NCBI GenBank assembly: GCA_905178155.1
Contig: CAJINV010000007.1
Coordinates: 1,310,627-1,374,626 of the forward strand
DNA from: Amoebophrya sp. A120
Lineage: Eukaryota > Protista > Dinoflagellata
Direction of reading: 5' to 3'
DNA: 64,000 nucleotides
A program made the position numbers and the translations under genes. A model generated the notes under the pieces. The model saw only the letters and a program-made list of their open reading frames with translations, had not been told where the DNA came from and did no database searches. Shown in pieces: positions 13,901-25,944 of this stretch (position 1 is the first letter of the stretch; every line of letters begins with the position of its first letter).

Positions 13901-16366
13901 TCTGGGTCTGGAAGAATGCAACTTGTCACGCTAAATCTGAATCATGCAAAAATCTGTGTTGCATGATTGCCACAAGTCGTCCAGTTTTGACCAAGTCGGG
14001 ATGGAGTTTCTCATGCAGGATAGGCACGATAGAGATCACACAGAATCTGTCATGCTAGGTCCTGCAGTCCAGACCTCGTGGGTCATGGAAAAGCTGCATG
14101 ACAAACTTGCATTCTTCCAGACCCAGACATTTTTGCATTTGATAGGAGTACGCCATGGAGGCGCACATGCTCACCCACTGCGAGGACGATGAGGAAAAGG
14201 ACGAGGAACTCGAAAAGTGGATCGCGAGCCGCAAGGCGAAGTTCCCGACGAAAAAGAGGATCCAGGAAAAACAGGACGGCACCGTCGACGACAGCCACCT
14301 GCCATTGAGTACGTTTTATTATCATGTGGCACCGAAGAACTGCTTTGGTTTCTCTTTCTAATGGGTGACAGTGATTTTGATTTAGCTGTTGTTCACCGAC
14401 CTAGACACAGCAGGAGCAACATCAAGAAGTTTATTTTATCAAGTAGAAGTTCGGACGTCGAAAAATGAATCTATATTGAAGTTGTAAGAAAATAGATGCT
14501 GCAGGATCATTGTGTAGTACTAACTGTGAATAGCTGATAGCTCTAGCGCGAATTAATATTCTCTTTATAGGTAAAATCGAGGAGCAGCTGCGTGAGAAGA
14601 TTGATCCGCAGCAGAAGAAAAAGCTCCGTCCCCAGGATGACGACGAAACCGTGGAAGTGTGCCTGCAGTACGAGTACTTCCACCGCCGGTGCGGCCGCGG
14701 CAAGCAGTGCCCCTTCCGGCACCGCAGGCGGGACCCCTGGTGGATGCAAAAAGTGGCGAACGAGGAAGAGTTTGTGTGCAACGAGGCGGAAGAGGACCAG
14801 TTGGGGCACGGAGACGGAGCGGAGAAGGGTCGTTTAGAAGTTGTTGTACTTGACGGTTATACAGCAGGAGCAGGGATGAACTCCGATACCGCAGGTAGTA
14901 GTAGTTCTCCTGCTGGTGGTTGTGCTGCTGTTAAAAATGCTGTGCCAGCAGCACCAGCTGGCGAAAAAAAAAGTGAAATGACCACGACCGACGACCTTGC
15001 CGCTTCGGAGAAAAGCACTGAGGACGGGGGGACGCCGAAACTAGAGGTGGTTCCTGAACAAGCCGAAGAGATCTTAACTGTAAGAAAGGAGGACGGAGGA
15101 GAAGAAGACAAGAAGGCTGGTGTCAGCAACACCGTCCTCCCTCCAATTACAGACGAAAAGGAGACTTTTATAGAGGGGGACAACAAAACTAAAACTACTA
15201 CAGTCGAGCAGGACAAAGAGCAGACAGCTGCAACATCAGTGGCGGAGCAGGCACAAGCCGAGCCCATGTCGAAGTCGAAGCGAAAGCGGCTAAAAAAACA
15301 GGAAAATAAGAAGGCCGCCGAGAAGAAGGCCGAGGCAGAAGGGAGTACAACCGAGAATAAAACTTCCTCGTCTCTTCTAGACCCCCTCCAAGCGAGTGAC
15401 AGTGGTAACAAAGTAGGAGCGCAAACCACAGAGCTCCTGCTCCAGGAAGCAACGGCGGCAGTAAAGCAGGAACAAGAGAAGACGTATACGTTCGCCCGGG
15501 GGGTGTGCCACGCGATGATCCACAAGAAGAAGTGCATGAAGGGAGAGAACTGCACGTGGTCGCACGAGCACAAACTGGTTTTGGAGGAGCGCGCCAAGTG
15601 GCGGGCCATTTTCAAGCAGGACAAGGAGGCCGAGAAGAGGCGAAACGAGCAGCCGGCGGGGCGCAGCAGCAAGGTAATCAAGATGGACGACTTGTTTCGC
15701 CGCATCGAGGACAAAGTCGACGTGTCCGACGAGGTTGTTCCCCAGGTCCACCGGTACTTCTCCTCTCTGCGCATCAATAAAAGCGCGGACGGGCGAAAGG
15801 TTCAAAAGAGCAACAAGCGAAAGAGGGCGGATCGCACGAAAAAGACGGCGCGGGGTTCTTCTTCCTCAAACAGTGACGGAAGTCGGTCGGAGGGAAATGA
15901 CAGTGAAGGAGAACTAGATAATGGGTCTGGAGTAGAAAGCGATGAAAATAGTTTTTTCAGTGACAGCGACGACCTTTCGAACCTGAAGCCGATTCGGGAC
16001 GTCACGGCGAAAGTGGGGGAGCCGGACCCCTGCCGGACCGCGAAATCCGTTATGTTTTCGTCGCAGATCACGTTTAAGCCCACGAATTTGCTGAAGGCGA
16101 CAGTGACGACGCGGGAGCCGGCAAAAGGCGACGAAAATTCATCGGGTCCGGGACATCTTCAAAAGTCCTCCTCCACAACAGCTTCTTCTACCGGGAACAA
16201 TAAAAACAACAAATCTGCGAAGAGCAGCAGTGCGCAACTGGAAGAGGCGCGGAGGGTGCTGGAATTTCTGCGCAGCGGGAAAAAATTGGAGGAAGGGCAA
16301 ATGCTAGAGAACAAGGAACTGCTGGACATTCTGAACAACGACGATGAGGAGGACAGCTGGGGATAG
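7923..16366 (+). CDS. ~2540-aa protein: Q/N/G-rich disordered N-terminus, two C2H2 fingers, NUFIP1/Rsa1-like domain, two CCCH fingers
   Basis: Exons 7923-13543, 13828-13883, 14150-14308, 14571-16366 sum to a whole number of codons. Motifs: CRYC..KWKQHCKERH, CIEC..AHMLTH, EELEKWIASRKAKFPTK (NUFIP1-like), CLQYEYFHRRCGRGKQCPFRH. The true start codon is uncertain. Confidence 0.8.
13544..13822. mobile_element. Introner, family A
   Basis: TIR TATCCTGAGTAAAAACGTACCCACACCAGAGT; perfect TSD aagca; removal restores the zinc finger WKQHCKERH. Confidence 0.95.
13884..14144. mobile_element. Introner, family B
   Basis: TIR TATCAAATGCAAAAATGTCTGGGTCTGGAAGAATGCAA; TSD ggagt; join LPE|YAMEAH. Confidence 0.95.
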
Positions 16367-17372
16367 TCGTAGTTGGGTACTATAGGTAAAGATAGAATCA
16401 TGAAACTCTTCAGCTACAAGGTGCGCCGCACGACCCGGACGATGAACTATAGTGCAGTTACCATGCAAAGTCGTCACACGAGGAAGAAAGTAGGAAGGGT
16501 GGAATTGGCTACAGCTGGATCACCTTGGCAGGATGGGAGCCTGGCGACGAATTTTTATTCGAACAGCAGAAACGCGAACAAGCGACTTTGATTCTTTTTG
16601 GCACGACGAAGAACGAACCTAGTACTTACTTCCCTTGGTCTAGTAGTACTAAGGCGCATTTTTACGACTGAATGAACAGGAAAACGCGAATTGAGTGTGA
16701 AAGCGAACGCATTTATCTTGACGCAAAACTGCAGCTGTGAAACCGACGCAAGCGAATTTCTAACATCCACTGCAAAAATTATTGGCTCGAGAATTTTCTC
16801 CATTTTTCTTCAGCGTCTCATGCATTGTTGCAAAAGAGGACACGCTGTTGTTGAGTGGCGTGTTTTTCTCCAGATCGGCGGAAGATCGATCCAAAACTTA
16901 TTCTGCTCCTGAAAAATACATCTCTCGAAAGCGTTGTCGTTGAAGATCATCTCATGGCAAAATTGTTCCCGTTTTGCAAGATCAAGATTTCCCTTGTGGT
17001 CTTTTGTGGTTCATGTGAGATGCACAAGGCATTTCTACTCACCGCCTTCAGTTTGGAATTCCACCGCGAACGATTTGTCACAGTGCCCATTTATCAAAAT
17101 CGAAATTTACAATCAGTATGATTACCGCAATAAACGACGAGTAATTCTAATTGCCATTACAGAACACAGTCACGACCACCTGAACAACTGAACTACTGAC
17201 TGCTGTATAGAAGTATGTACTGGAATGCGAATTTATTTTCATTTTCATAAACCAAAAAAGAAATACTTAAAAAGCACTCCCACTACGTAGTGCCAGAAAA
17301 GCACAAAGAACCCGAAGCAAGCACTACACCTACCCAAAAGAAGCGACACCATCACCGAGGCCTAGTTCCACC

Positions 17373-19754
17373 ATGGCCGCCAATCTGCTCGCCAACTTGG
17401 CCAAGCTGAAGGCCGACAAGCAGGCTCTGCTGAAGAAAAAGCAGGCCGCCACGACCCCAACCTCCGCGCCGGTTCCCTCGCCGAGCAATGCCAGCGTCGG
17501 CGGGACAGCAGCAGCGAGGATAGGCCTAGGCGGCGGCGGTGGGTCCTCGAGCTCCTCCAGTGCGGGGGGTGCAGCAGGAGCGGCCGCGGGGGCGCACAAC
17601 AGCACTAATTTCCATGCTGGTACTTCTAGCGACACCAGCTCCCCGATGCAGATACCAGCCGGGGGGCAGCAGCAGCAGCAGCAGCAGCAGATCTCCTCCA
17701 GTTACAGCTTTGTGCCCCAGAAGGAGAAGTTTTCGCTTAATCCGGGGTCCGACCAGGACGACGATGCGTTTCTGAATCAGGAGTACGACCCGCTAGAGCC
17801 GAACAACTACGACGAGATCGTAAAGAAGCGGAGGCGGGCGCAGCAGAACGCGCAGATAAAGAAGCACCAGGAGATATCCTGAGTAAAAACGTACCCACAC
17901 CAGAGTCAAGATGGGGAATCGGCTAGACAAATCCACAAGTTTTGGCTGTTTTGCATGACAAGTTTGGATTCGTAGTGTAGTGCTGTTTGAGCTAGCTCAG
18001 CAGCATCACAGATCTAGCACACCATGCTGATTGGAGCATGACAAATTGCAAAACACGACTAGAAAATGCTTCTCATGGAGCTCCGCATGAGAAACATTTT
18101 CAGCATGCAGATTTGCGTTACAGCTCTGGTGTGGGTACGTTTTTACTCAGGATAGGAGAAGGAACTGGAGCGACAGAGGAAAGCGGCGGAAGCCGCGGCC
18201 CCGCCGGAGGACGATGTATCACATGTAAAAATGTCTGGGTCTGGAAGGTTGGAACTTGTGATGCTAACTTTGGATGCTAAAAAAAACTGTATTGCATGAC
18301 CAGCAAGAGGAGCCCAGTTTGTGCTACGCGGGGAGGGCATTTGTCATGCGGGATAGGCATCAGGAAGGCCTCTAAAAATATGTGATGCTAGATCATGCAT
18401 TACAGACATCTTGACTCATGCAAAATATGCATGACAAACCTTGTAAACTTCCAGACCCAGACATTTTTACATTTGATACGATGCGGCCACCGCCTACATG
18501 AAAAAATTCGGCTGGAAGGAGGGCAGCGGGTTGGGGAGGGAGCAACAAGGTATGAGAAAAATGAACGGTTGCTTTTTCTTTTTGATAATGCTGGCTACAC
18601 AATCAAAACCTATGAAGTCGTCTCTAGCTTGACGACGGCGAAACTGTTCTTCGCGTCGTGTCTCTTTGAGGTGTGATGTCGCAGGTCACGCACGGGGAGG
18701 GAGGATCTTCTTCTTCTACCCAGCACAATTCTATCTCCTCTAGTACAACACATGAGGAGAAGAAACCATGATCATGATCCCGCCAGGTATTACTGCCCCG
18801 CTGATTATGCGGAAGACAGATCGCGGCGCGGGGACGGTCGTGCAGGGTACGACGATGCCGGCCCGGAAATTCGATCCGAAAGTCGGCCCAAGCACCGTGG
18901 TTGTGCTCATGAACGCAGTCGGACGCGGGGAGGTTATCGTGGAGAAAAATGCAGCTCGATTTACTGCTGCGAGAGGTGGGGATATACTTGTCATGCTGTT
19001 TCAAGATCTGATGACAGGTCAGTTGACGGATAATACGAAGCTGCTAATAGTTATACATGATTTTTCAAAGATGCATGGCAAGTGCAGAAAGCGCGGCCTC
19101 TGCGCATCAGAACGCTGTGCATATGGCTGAGCTTTCTGTACAGATCAGTACATCTAACAGAGTAAGCATCACACATGATTTCTATGCTTGCACGACCACG
19201 AGCCGACCAGCAGGAATACGCGAGACAAATTTTTCTCTTCTCGATACCCATCGACGAAGATCTGCAGGAGGAGATGACGGAGGAAGCAGGTACAGAAATG
19301 ATAATGCGTTCTTGCAAATATGTCTGGGTCTGGTTTTGTGGCATGAGCAGTAGTCTGTATTGCATGAAGCGAATTGATGACGAGTCTTTTTGTCGCGCTG
19401 GGAGGCAGTTTCTCGTTCGATTTACGAGTGAGTCTGCATCTGCACTGACGTCGTAGTTCAAATACTTGTATATGCGTTCATGTTGTCGTACAGAAAAAGG
19501 CCTTCTTGTGTAAAGTTTTGCGAAAAAATTATTCAGGTAAATACGGCAAAGTGGTGTCCTGTGTCATCAAGGAGGCGGCCAAGGACGTGCCCGACAAGGA
19601 GTCTGTCCGGATTTTCCTGGAGTTTGACAGCGTTCAGGGAGGGCAATTTGCCAAGGCGAAGTTTACAAACCGGTATTTCGGCGGCCGCTATGTGAACTGT
19701 CTCTTCTACGAGCCAACCCTGTACAAAGCCGGACAGTACTTCGAAAAGCTGTGA
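17373..19754 (+). CDS. RBM17: Splicing factor 45 (G-patch + UHM), 6 exons, 342 aa
   Basis: Exons 17373-17874, 18160-18216, 18484-18549, 18787-18934, 19252-19289, 19537-19754. SPF45 motif EYDPLEPNNY, G-patch MKKFGWKEGSGLGREQQGI, UHM GEVDEDL...KYGKV...VRIFLEF...RYFGGR. Confidence 0.92.
17875..18154. mobile_element. Introner, family A
   Basis: Family A TIR; TSD ggaga. Confidence 0.95.
18217..18478. mobile_element. Introner, family B
   Basis: Family B TIR; TSD cgatg. Confidence 0.95.
18935..19246. mobile_element. Aged introner, D-like
   Basis: TATCGTGGAGAAAAAT...ATTTTTCTCTTCTCGATA; removing element plus 5 nt gives the conserved GEVDEDL. Confidence 0.75.
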
Positions 19755-20696
19755 AGTTCATTTTCGAAGGCATATAGCAGCTGGCTGTTCGTCTTGCTGT
19801 GTCGGGGGAGACGAAAGATGTGCTGGCATAGTGCTCTACAACAGCTCGTGACAATAAAGTTATGAACACGCTTGAGCAGGACCAAGCGGCAGCGACAAGA
19901 AGTAGCCTTCCAGATCTTCATGCGACAAAACAGTTATTCATATCCTCCTTCGTGGAGGATTCCTCGAGGAAGAAGTACTTACTTACTACATCAATCCGCC
20001 ACATCAGAGTTGTCACTCCGTGGTCGCAGAACTTTGGGGACTGTACTTGGAAGAACGACGACCGCCATGTTCGTTTCTCTGACCACCATCTCGTGAATAA
20101 AATCGATCTGTGTTATATGCCTAGTAAAAATCGCCATCACAACTTACCAAGGTATTATTTCGTCGTGAGTTGCAATTCCGTAATATCTATGTTGTTTCTA
20201 CCATAATTCTCGACGTCTGAGACTGAGCGGACCGTGTTCATCAGCTTTCTCGACCCTTTCGTATTTTGTGCAGGAGGAGGACCGACTGTCTTTGTTTGAG
20301 TGAACCAAGGCTTGTTTGTTTGCTTGTTCTGTTGTTCTTCGGCTCGTCGTGTTGCTGCTGTGTCAATTCCACGCGACGTCTTTTGCATTTCGATCGGCAG
20401 TAGAACAAGCCTTAGTATGGCTTGTTTTACATAATTCACAGAACCTGTGTGGTTTGCAATTTGTGTGGGCCGCTTTGTGTCTCATTATGAAAAAATCAAT
20501 TCATAGGCGAGGAGGGCTAGAAGGGATTAAAGCACCACACAAGTGGTCAGAGTCAACATCGCATGTGCGTCGACACGTTTGTGCAGCCACTTGACATCTC
20601 TGCCCGTTCAAGAGGGTCTTGCGCGGCGGGGGGTTTTCTACATCGAGAATAAGTAAGTTACGCAGGAGTTTCTGGAGCAAATAAAACTGGCACGAG

Positions 20697-23600
20697 ATGT
20701 TCGGGCTCGCGGACCGGTTTGACAAGCCCGCGGCCTACAGCCCCGGCCCCGGACACTACGAACACCGGAGCGCTTTTGGCACCAAGGGAAGCGACGATCT
20801 CACCACGCAGCTCGTCCAGAAGCTGTACCAACTGCCCAACGATCCGCTGAACCTAACCTCCATCAGCGTCCGGTCGACGAGATGTAATGAAAAATGAGCT
20901 TAATATTCAACGATAGAGCTGCTCGTGGACACGACTTTCATAGAATTCCAGCTGACCTCAGATCTTGTGCGTTTTTACGACATTGACCCAGAAGAAACAA
21001 AGTGCAGTTCTAGATGTTGGGAGAATCTATCTACTCTTCGGCCTAAATCAGACAGAGACAGCTAGCGGCCACTGATTTACATCAAATTTTTTATACGGAG
21101 TAACAAACTAACACAGCAACACACTTCGACGACTCGCTGGCGGCCAGGGTAGCGCGCTTGGAGACCTCCCTCAATTGCAACAGAACCTCTGCGTGCGCGC
21201 CGGGCAGGAGACGAGGCGGCGGACCTTCCGGGGTAAGATTGATTTTCTGCTGATTGTAGCGTCGTGATTCGTACTCGTGATTCGTTTATAATTGCGTGCA
21301 TGATAAAAAGCGACATTCACATTTGTACTTCTGTAGCATGAGCTACCGCATCCTGCATATCACGATTAAACAGGTTCTCGCATCGTCGTCGACGGAATTC
21401 CAAAGCGCACAGGACGCCGGCTTCCAGCGACATTCCTGGCTTGCGGGAGAGTTGAGCGGCGACGTGTAAGAAATTATTCTGATACGTGCTTATCTCGTCC
21501 TCCAATAAATAGTTTTTTTTGCCATCTGGAATTGCGATTCTTTTTTAGGATTGTTGCAGATGCTCCTTGCATCTCACACGAAATTTTTATTTGTCGTGCG
21601 TCGCATCTTTGATTTAATTGTTGAAGAGGGCGCACGCGCACGCTTTGTTTCTCATGGGTCAGGAATACTACAGAGAGAAGATAAAACTAAAACCGGAATG
21701 AAAACTAAACATAAAAAACATCAGCTTTTGCTTTAAGTCCACGAACACGCCCATAAACATCGGCCCGGGGAGCTACAGTTCCATGCAATCCACCGCCCCG
21801 GAGAAGGTGATTCCGAAAAGTCACAACTACCTGGTGCAACGAAGCGAGGAGATCGCGCGGAACCGACGAGATCTGTGGATCCAGAAGCGACTGCACACCG
21901 GCGCAGCTCCGAGTCCGTTCAGCATGATGAATGGGGACAAATCTTTATCGCTCAGCTATACCCAGTTCGGAAACGGCGGTATGTCGGTCCAGCAAGTAGG
22001 TGGACCACTACAGATGAACCCGCCGATGGTATCAAAATGAAAAATCCCCCCTCCCCATATCAAAACGAAAATTTGTGATGCTGATTTGTGACCACAAATC
22101 GGCTTTGTATTGCAGAGAGGCACTGCGGCCAGATCCCCAGGCTAGGTAGGGGCGTATGGGTCTAGTAGTTCAGCATGGCAAACGGCCCCCCTTTAGGCCC
22201 AGCAGCATGACAAATCGCTTCCATAATGGGGCGGAAGCTTCTGCCCTTGTCTTCTTGCAAGACAGATGTGATTTGTGACCTCAAATCCCCAACGCAAATT
22301 TTTAGAAGCATGCCTTTTCAATATGGGGGGGGGGATTTTTCCTCTCAATAGATGGTGACGAACGTGCCGCAATCGGCGTCAGACCAGCAGCCCGCGGTCT
22401 ACCCCCCGCCGATGGGCAGCGGACCGCAGCAGCCACCCATGGTGTACTACTCCGACCCGCCGGCGAACCCCCTGCAGCTTGCAGGCGCATCGAAGAGTAG
22501 CCGCACGGTGGACCTGCATCACGCGCGGGGGGACAACATGCAGCTCCAAGCGGAAAATTATATCAACAAACCGAGCAGCGAACAGCAAGGGGTAGAGCAA
22601 GTACAACAGCAGTTCCAGTCTACTGCTCTCCAGCAGCCACCACCGATGATAAACGGGGTGCAAATTATATCGGGAACGCAGCCCGCGATGTCCAGTTCCT
22701 ACGTGCCCGGCGCTGGCCCACCATCTACTTCGGGAGTCTCGCCCGTGGCTGTGCAACAGCACTTGCAGCATCAACAGCACCAGCACCCCGGAGTCACGCA
22801 GAGCCACGTGCCGCGAACGATCAACTACAATGACGATCACGTTTCCCCCCACCAGTCACAGAACTCGCAGTTGCAGGAGGACAAGAATCCGTTTTCAGCT
22901 GCGCACCAAGCCGCGACAGCGGGGTATCACGGCTACGGATCGGTGCCGGAGCCGATGGGCAGCAGCAGTAGTGGTTTTCATGACCACAGTGCTCCGACAA
23001 GTCGCAATCAGCGTCAGCAACTATATGGCCGTACTAACTACGGATTTGTCAAGTAGTCCAAAAAATTTCAGGGTCCGCGCGTGATGGTATCAGAGGAGGC
23101 AGCACAGCTCACGCATAAAGGCCTCCTTGTATTTTTTTGCATCGTCCGATCCTTAAGCTAGCTAGTTAGGAAGGCGGGCCGCTTCCAGTATCCCCGAGGT
23201 CCTGGTACATAAATTCGTGTCGGAGCGGGGGGCTAGCCCGCAACCCCGAGCACCGGCAACAAGCGGCACAGGCTCCACGCAACGAAAAAGCTTCCGGGAA
23301 ACGAAGGCCGTGGCAACCTGGCTGGCAAGACAAGAGCCATTCTTTTAGGACTCGCGACACAGTTCCGACGCACAGTGTCAGGACTCCACGCAAGACGGCT
23401 ATGCGATCGTGAGAAAACGGCGCCAGGCCTGACCCCAACAAAAGAAGGGCACTGGCAGCGGCTTCTCCCACAGGCTGGGCGCACTGTTCATGGCCCCCCG
23501 CTTGCTTGGCTCGCCTCGCCTGACACTCACAAACGAAATGCAGGACGACCCGGCTATCGCGCACTTGCATACACCTGCCAAAGCCCCCGCTAAAGATTGC

Positions 23601-25944
23601 AGGCCACTGCCTCCGGGGGTGCTTGGGTTGGGTAATTTGCCTGGCGCCCATTGCAGCGGTCCCAATCCTTCAAAAGCGGGGTAGCCGGTGCCCGGCAAAG
23701 CTCGGCCCCCATCAAAGACGTGGCCAAAGCAAAACCTCAGAAACTAAGCAGCCTGCCCCACATCGCGACGGCCCTCGCAAAAAACCCAACGCGGGCGCAC
23801 CTCCGGGCGGGCCGGCTAGCGCTAGTGTGGCTGCGCTACTGAAGCGCGGCCCGCCTGGTTCGGCGCCCACTGCTTTATGCAAAAGCAGGTGGGCGCAGCG
23901 CAGAAGCAAAAAACCCGGCAGGTGTGGACTAGGGCGAAAATTGAAGGGGAAGGTGGGGGGCCTGATATTTCCAGCGAAGGGGGGGTGGTGGGTTGAAAAG
24001 AGCAGCGGGAAGACTGGGTCTGCCACGCATCCTCTGTCGAAGGGGCTGCGCGGGACGTGTCGGAAGAACTGCGCAGCACCATCGTGGATGTGACACAGGG
24101 CCACAGTTTCAACGCCTTCTGCCTCGTCGAAGAGTTCGGGGTCTTCACCTACAGCCCCGTCGCACATTGGGAGGGCAAGAAGCTCTGGGAAGCCCCTTGG
24201 CTTCTCTTGGGGGTGCGATTGCCTCCACGCCCAAGAGGTCCTTACGAAAGATTCAAACATGACCCGGGTCCGCAGCTCCAGAAACTGGCGGCCCCAGTAG
24301 CAGCCTGCCTAGTTAACTAGTTCAATGAATCTGCGCACTCACAGCCTCATTAGTGGGCGACGGATTTCGCATAAGCAAAGACAACACGGTGAGGGATACG
24401 CGCGGAGACCCTGAAATTTTTTGGACCACTTTGAAAATCCGTAGTTAGTATGGCCACAGTGCTCCGACAAGTCGCAATCAGCGTCAGCAACTAGTCCGGG
24501 TAGACGCTTACGGAAGACCAATATCATCCTCATCCTCTTCCAATCGTAATCTATCCAGCAGGAAAAAAAGTGTGTGAGTCTATACCGTCTATAGGCACTA
24601 GGAGCATCTTGACAAATCAGTGCGCCCCCATGACAAAAAAAATTCCAAACTGTTGAGCGCAGCTGGTAGAACGTGCATCAACCCCTTATGAAGAAAGAAC
24701 AAGGTATAAAACTTTCCATGATAGTAATCTTCGTTTTGCATGAAGATCATGACATCTGTAGAAACAGTCTTGGTCGCTCTGCATGATAGATAATTGCTTG
24801 TACTCACTCAGTTTTTTCTTGGATGCAAGAACCCTTTTCAGATGCACGACGATCCTCAGTGGATCGGGAGTTTGGTGCAGCAGTACCACCGAGGGGGCAG
24901 TGCATCCTCGGTTGTGCCCGCGCAGCAACTACAGGGCTACAGCTACCACCCGCAGCAGCAACCGCCGGTATTCACATCGCCGACCAGCCGCGCGTTCGAT
25001 CCGCCGCCCAGGTTGGTGATGAGTAGTACGGTATCCTATGTAAAAACGTCCCAACATGGGGATTTTGCAACACAAACCTTGAAGTTTTGGGAACCAAGCA
25101 TGACAAATTGCAGGCTGTAGTGTAGTGCAGTTTAGCAAGGGAAGCCGCATAACAAATCGATCTCCTTATGCTGTTTACAGCATTACAAGTTCCAAAACGC
25201 GATTGATTTTGCCGATCATGGGATCGCGCATTACAAACGCTCTTGTGCTCGCAGATCTGCATTACAACTCTGGGGTGGGGACGTTTTTACTCAGGATATA
25301 CGGCCGCAGCGCCCTCCGCGCAGCCGCAGAGTAGACCGACGTCGGCCTTGCAGCAGTTACGCATCAGGCAGCAGTATCAAATGCAAAAATGTCTGGGTCT
25401 GGAAGAATGCAACTTGTGATGCTGCATTTGGACTCCAAAAAAATCTGTATTGCATGAGTAGCAAAGGGAATGCAATTTTTGCTACGCTGAGAAGGCATTT
25501 CTCATGCGGAATAGGCATCAAAAAGCCCTCAAAAAATCTGTATCGCTAGGGTATGCATCACAGACATGGTGGCTCATGCAAAACGTGCATGACAAGTGTC
25601 AGAATCTTCCAGACCCAGACATTTTTACAGTTGATAAGCAGCAGATGCAACAGCTCGGCCCGGCTGCAGGATCATCTTACGTCGGCGGCACCGTGCACAG
25701 AGGTAAATACAATTGATGTCATTTTATTCGTTTGATGAAAAATCAAAATGCTTGTCGTGCTTTCGCTTACTACTTTGAATTGAAGAACCTACTTCGGCGG
25801 CACGATGATTTGATCAGCTACAATTCCGGGGGTTTTATTCGTTTTGCTCTTGACTTTCTTGCCCATTTCTGCTATCAAGGTGCGTCGGTTCCGAATCCGC
25901 AAATGCAAGCGTACGGGCAACCACAGATGCAAGTCGCGAGATAG
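20697..25944 (+). CDS. PGPG-x-Y (SHIPPO/sperm-tail-type) repeat, P/Q-rich protein, multi-exon
   Basis: SPGPGHY and IGPGSY repeats. The frame stays continuous across GT-AG introns and five TIR elements to the stop at 25944. Confidence 0.6.
22030..22350. mobile_element. Introner, family C
   Basis: TATCAAAATGAAAAATCCCCCCTCCCCATAT...ATATGGGGGGGGGGATTTTTCCTCTCAATA; TSD gatgg. Confidence 0.93.
23024..24458. mobile_element. 1.4-kb TIR element inside an exon, with a 35-40-bp flanking duplication
   Basis: ~55-bp imperfect TIR (TGGCCRTACTAACTACGGATTT..GTCCAAAAAATTTCAGGGTC); 22984-23023 is repeated at 24454-24493. Confidence 0.85.
24552..24825. mobile_element. Aged introner, family D
   Basis: TATCCAGCAGGAAAAAAAGTGTGTGAGT...ACTCACTCAGTTTTTTCTTGGATG; removing element plus 5 nt is in frame (RN|HPFQM). 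Confidence 0.7.
25032..25298. mobile_element. Introner, family A
   Basis: Family A TIR; TSD tacgg. Confidence 0.93.
25375..25636. mobile_element. Introner, family B
   Basis: Family B TIR; TSD agcag. Confidence 0.93.

Noticed and set aside
7833-16401. Long minus-strand ORFs overlapping the large genes
   Set aside because: They are antisense shadows of GC-rich or low-complexity + strand coding sequence and have no motifs.
23166-24320. Transposase within the large elements (also 31184-32273 and 56409-57752)
   Set aside because: No long ORF or DDE/integrase motif is recognisable; no autonomous element is visible in this window.
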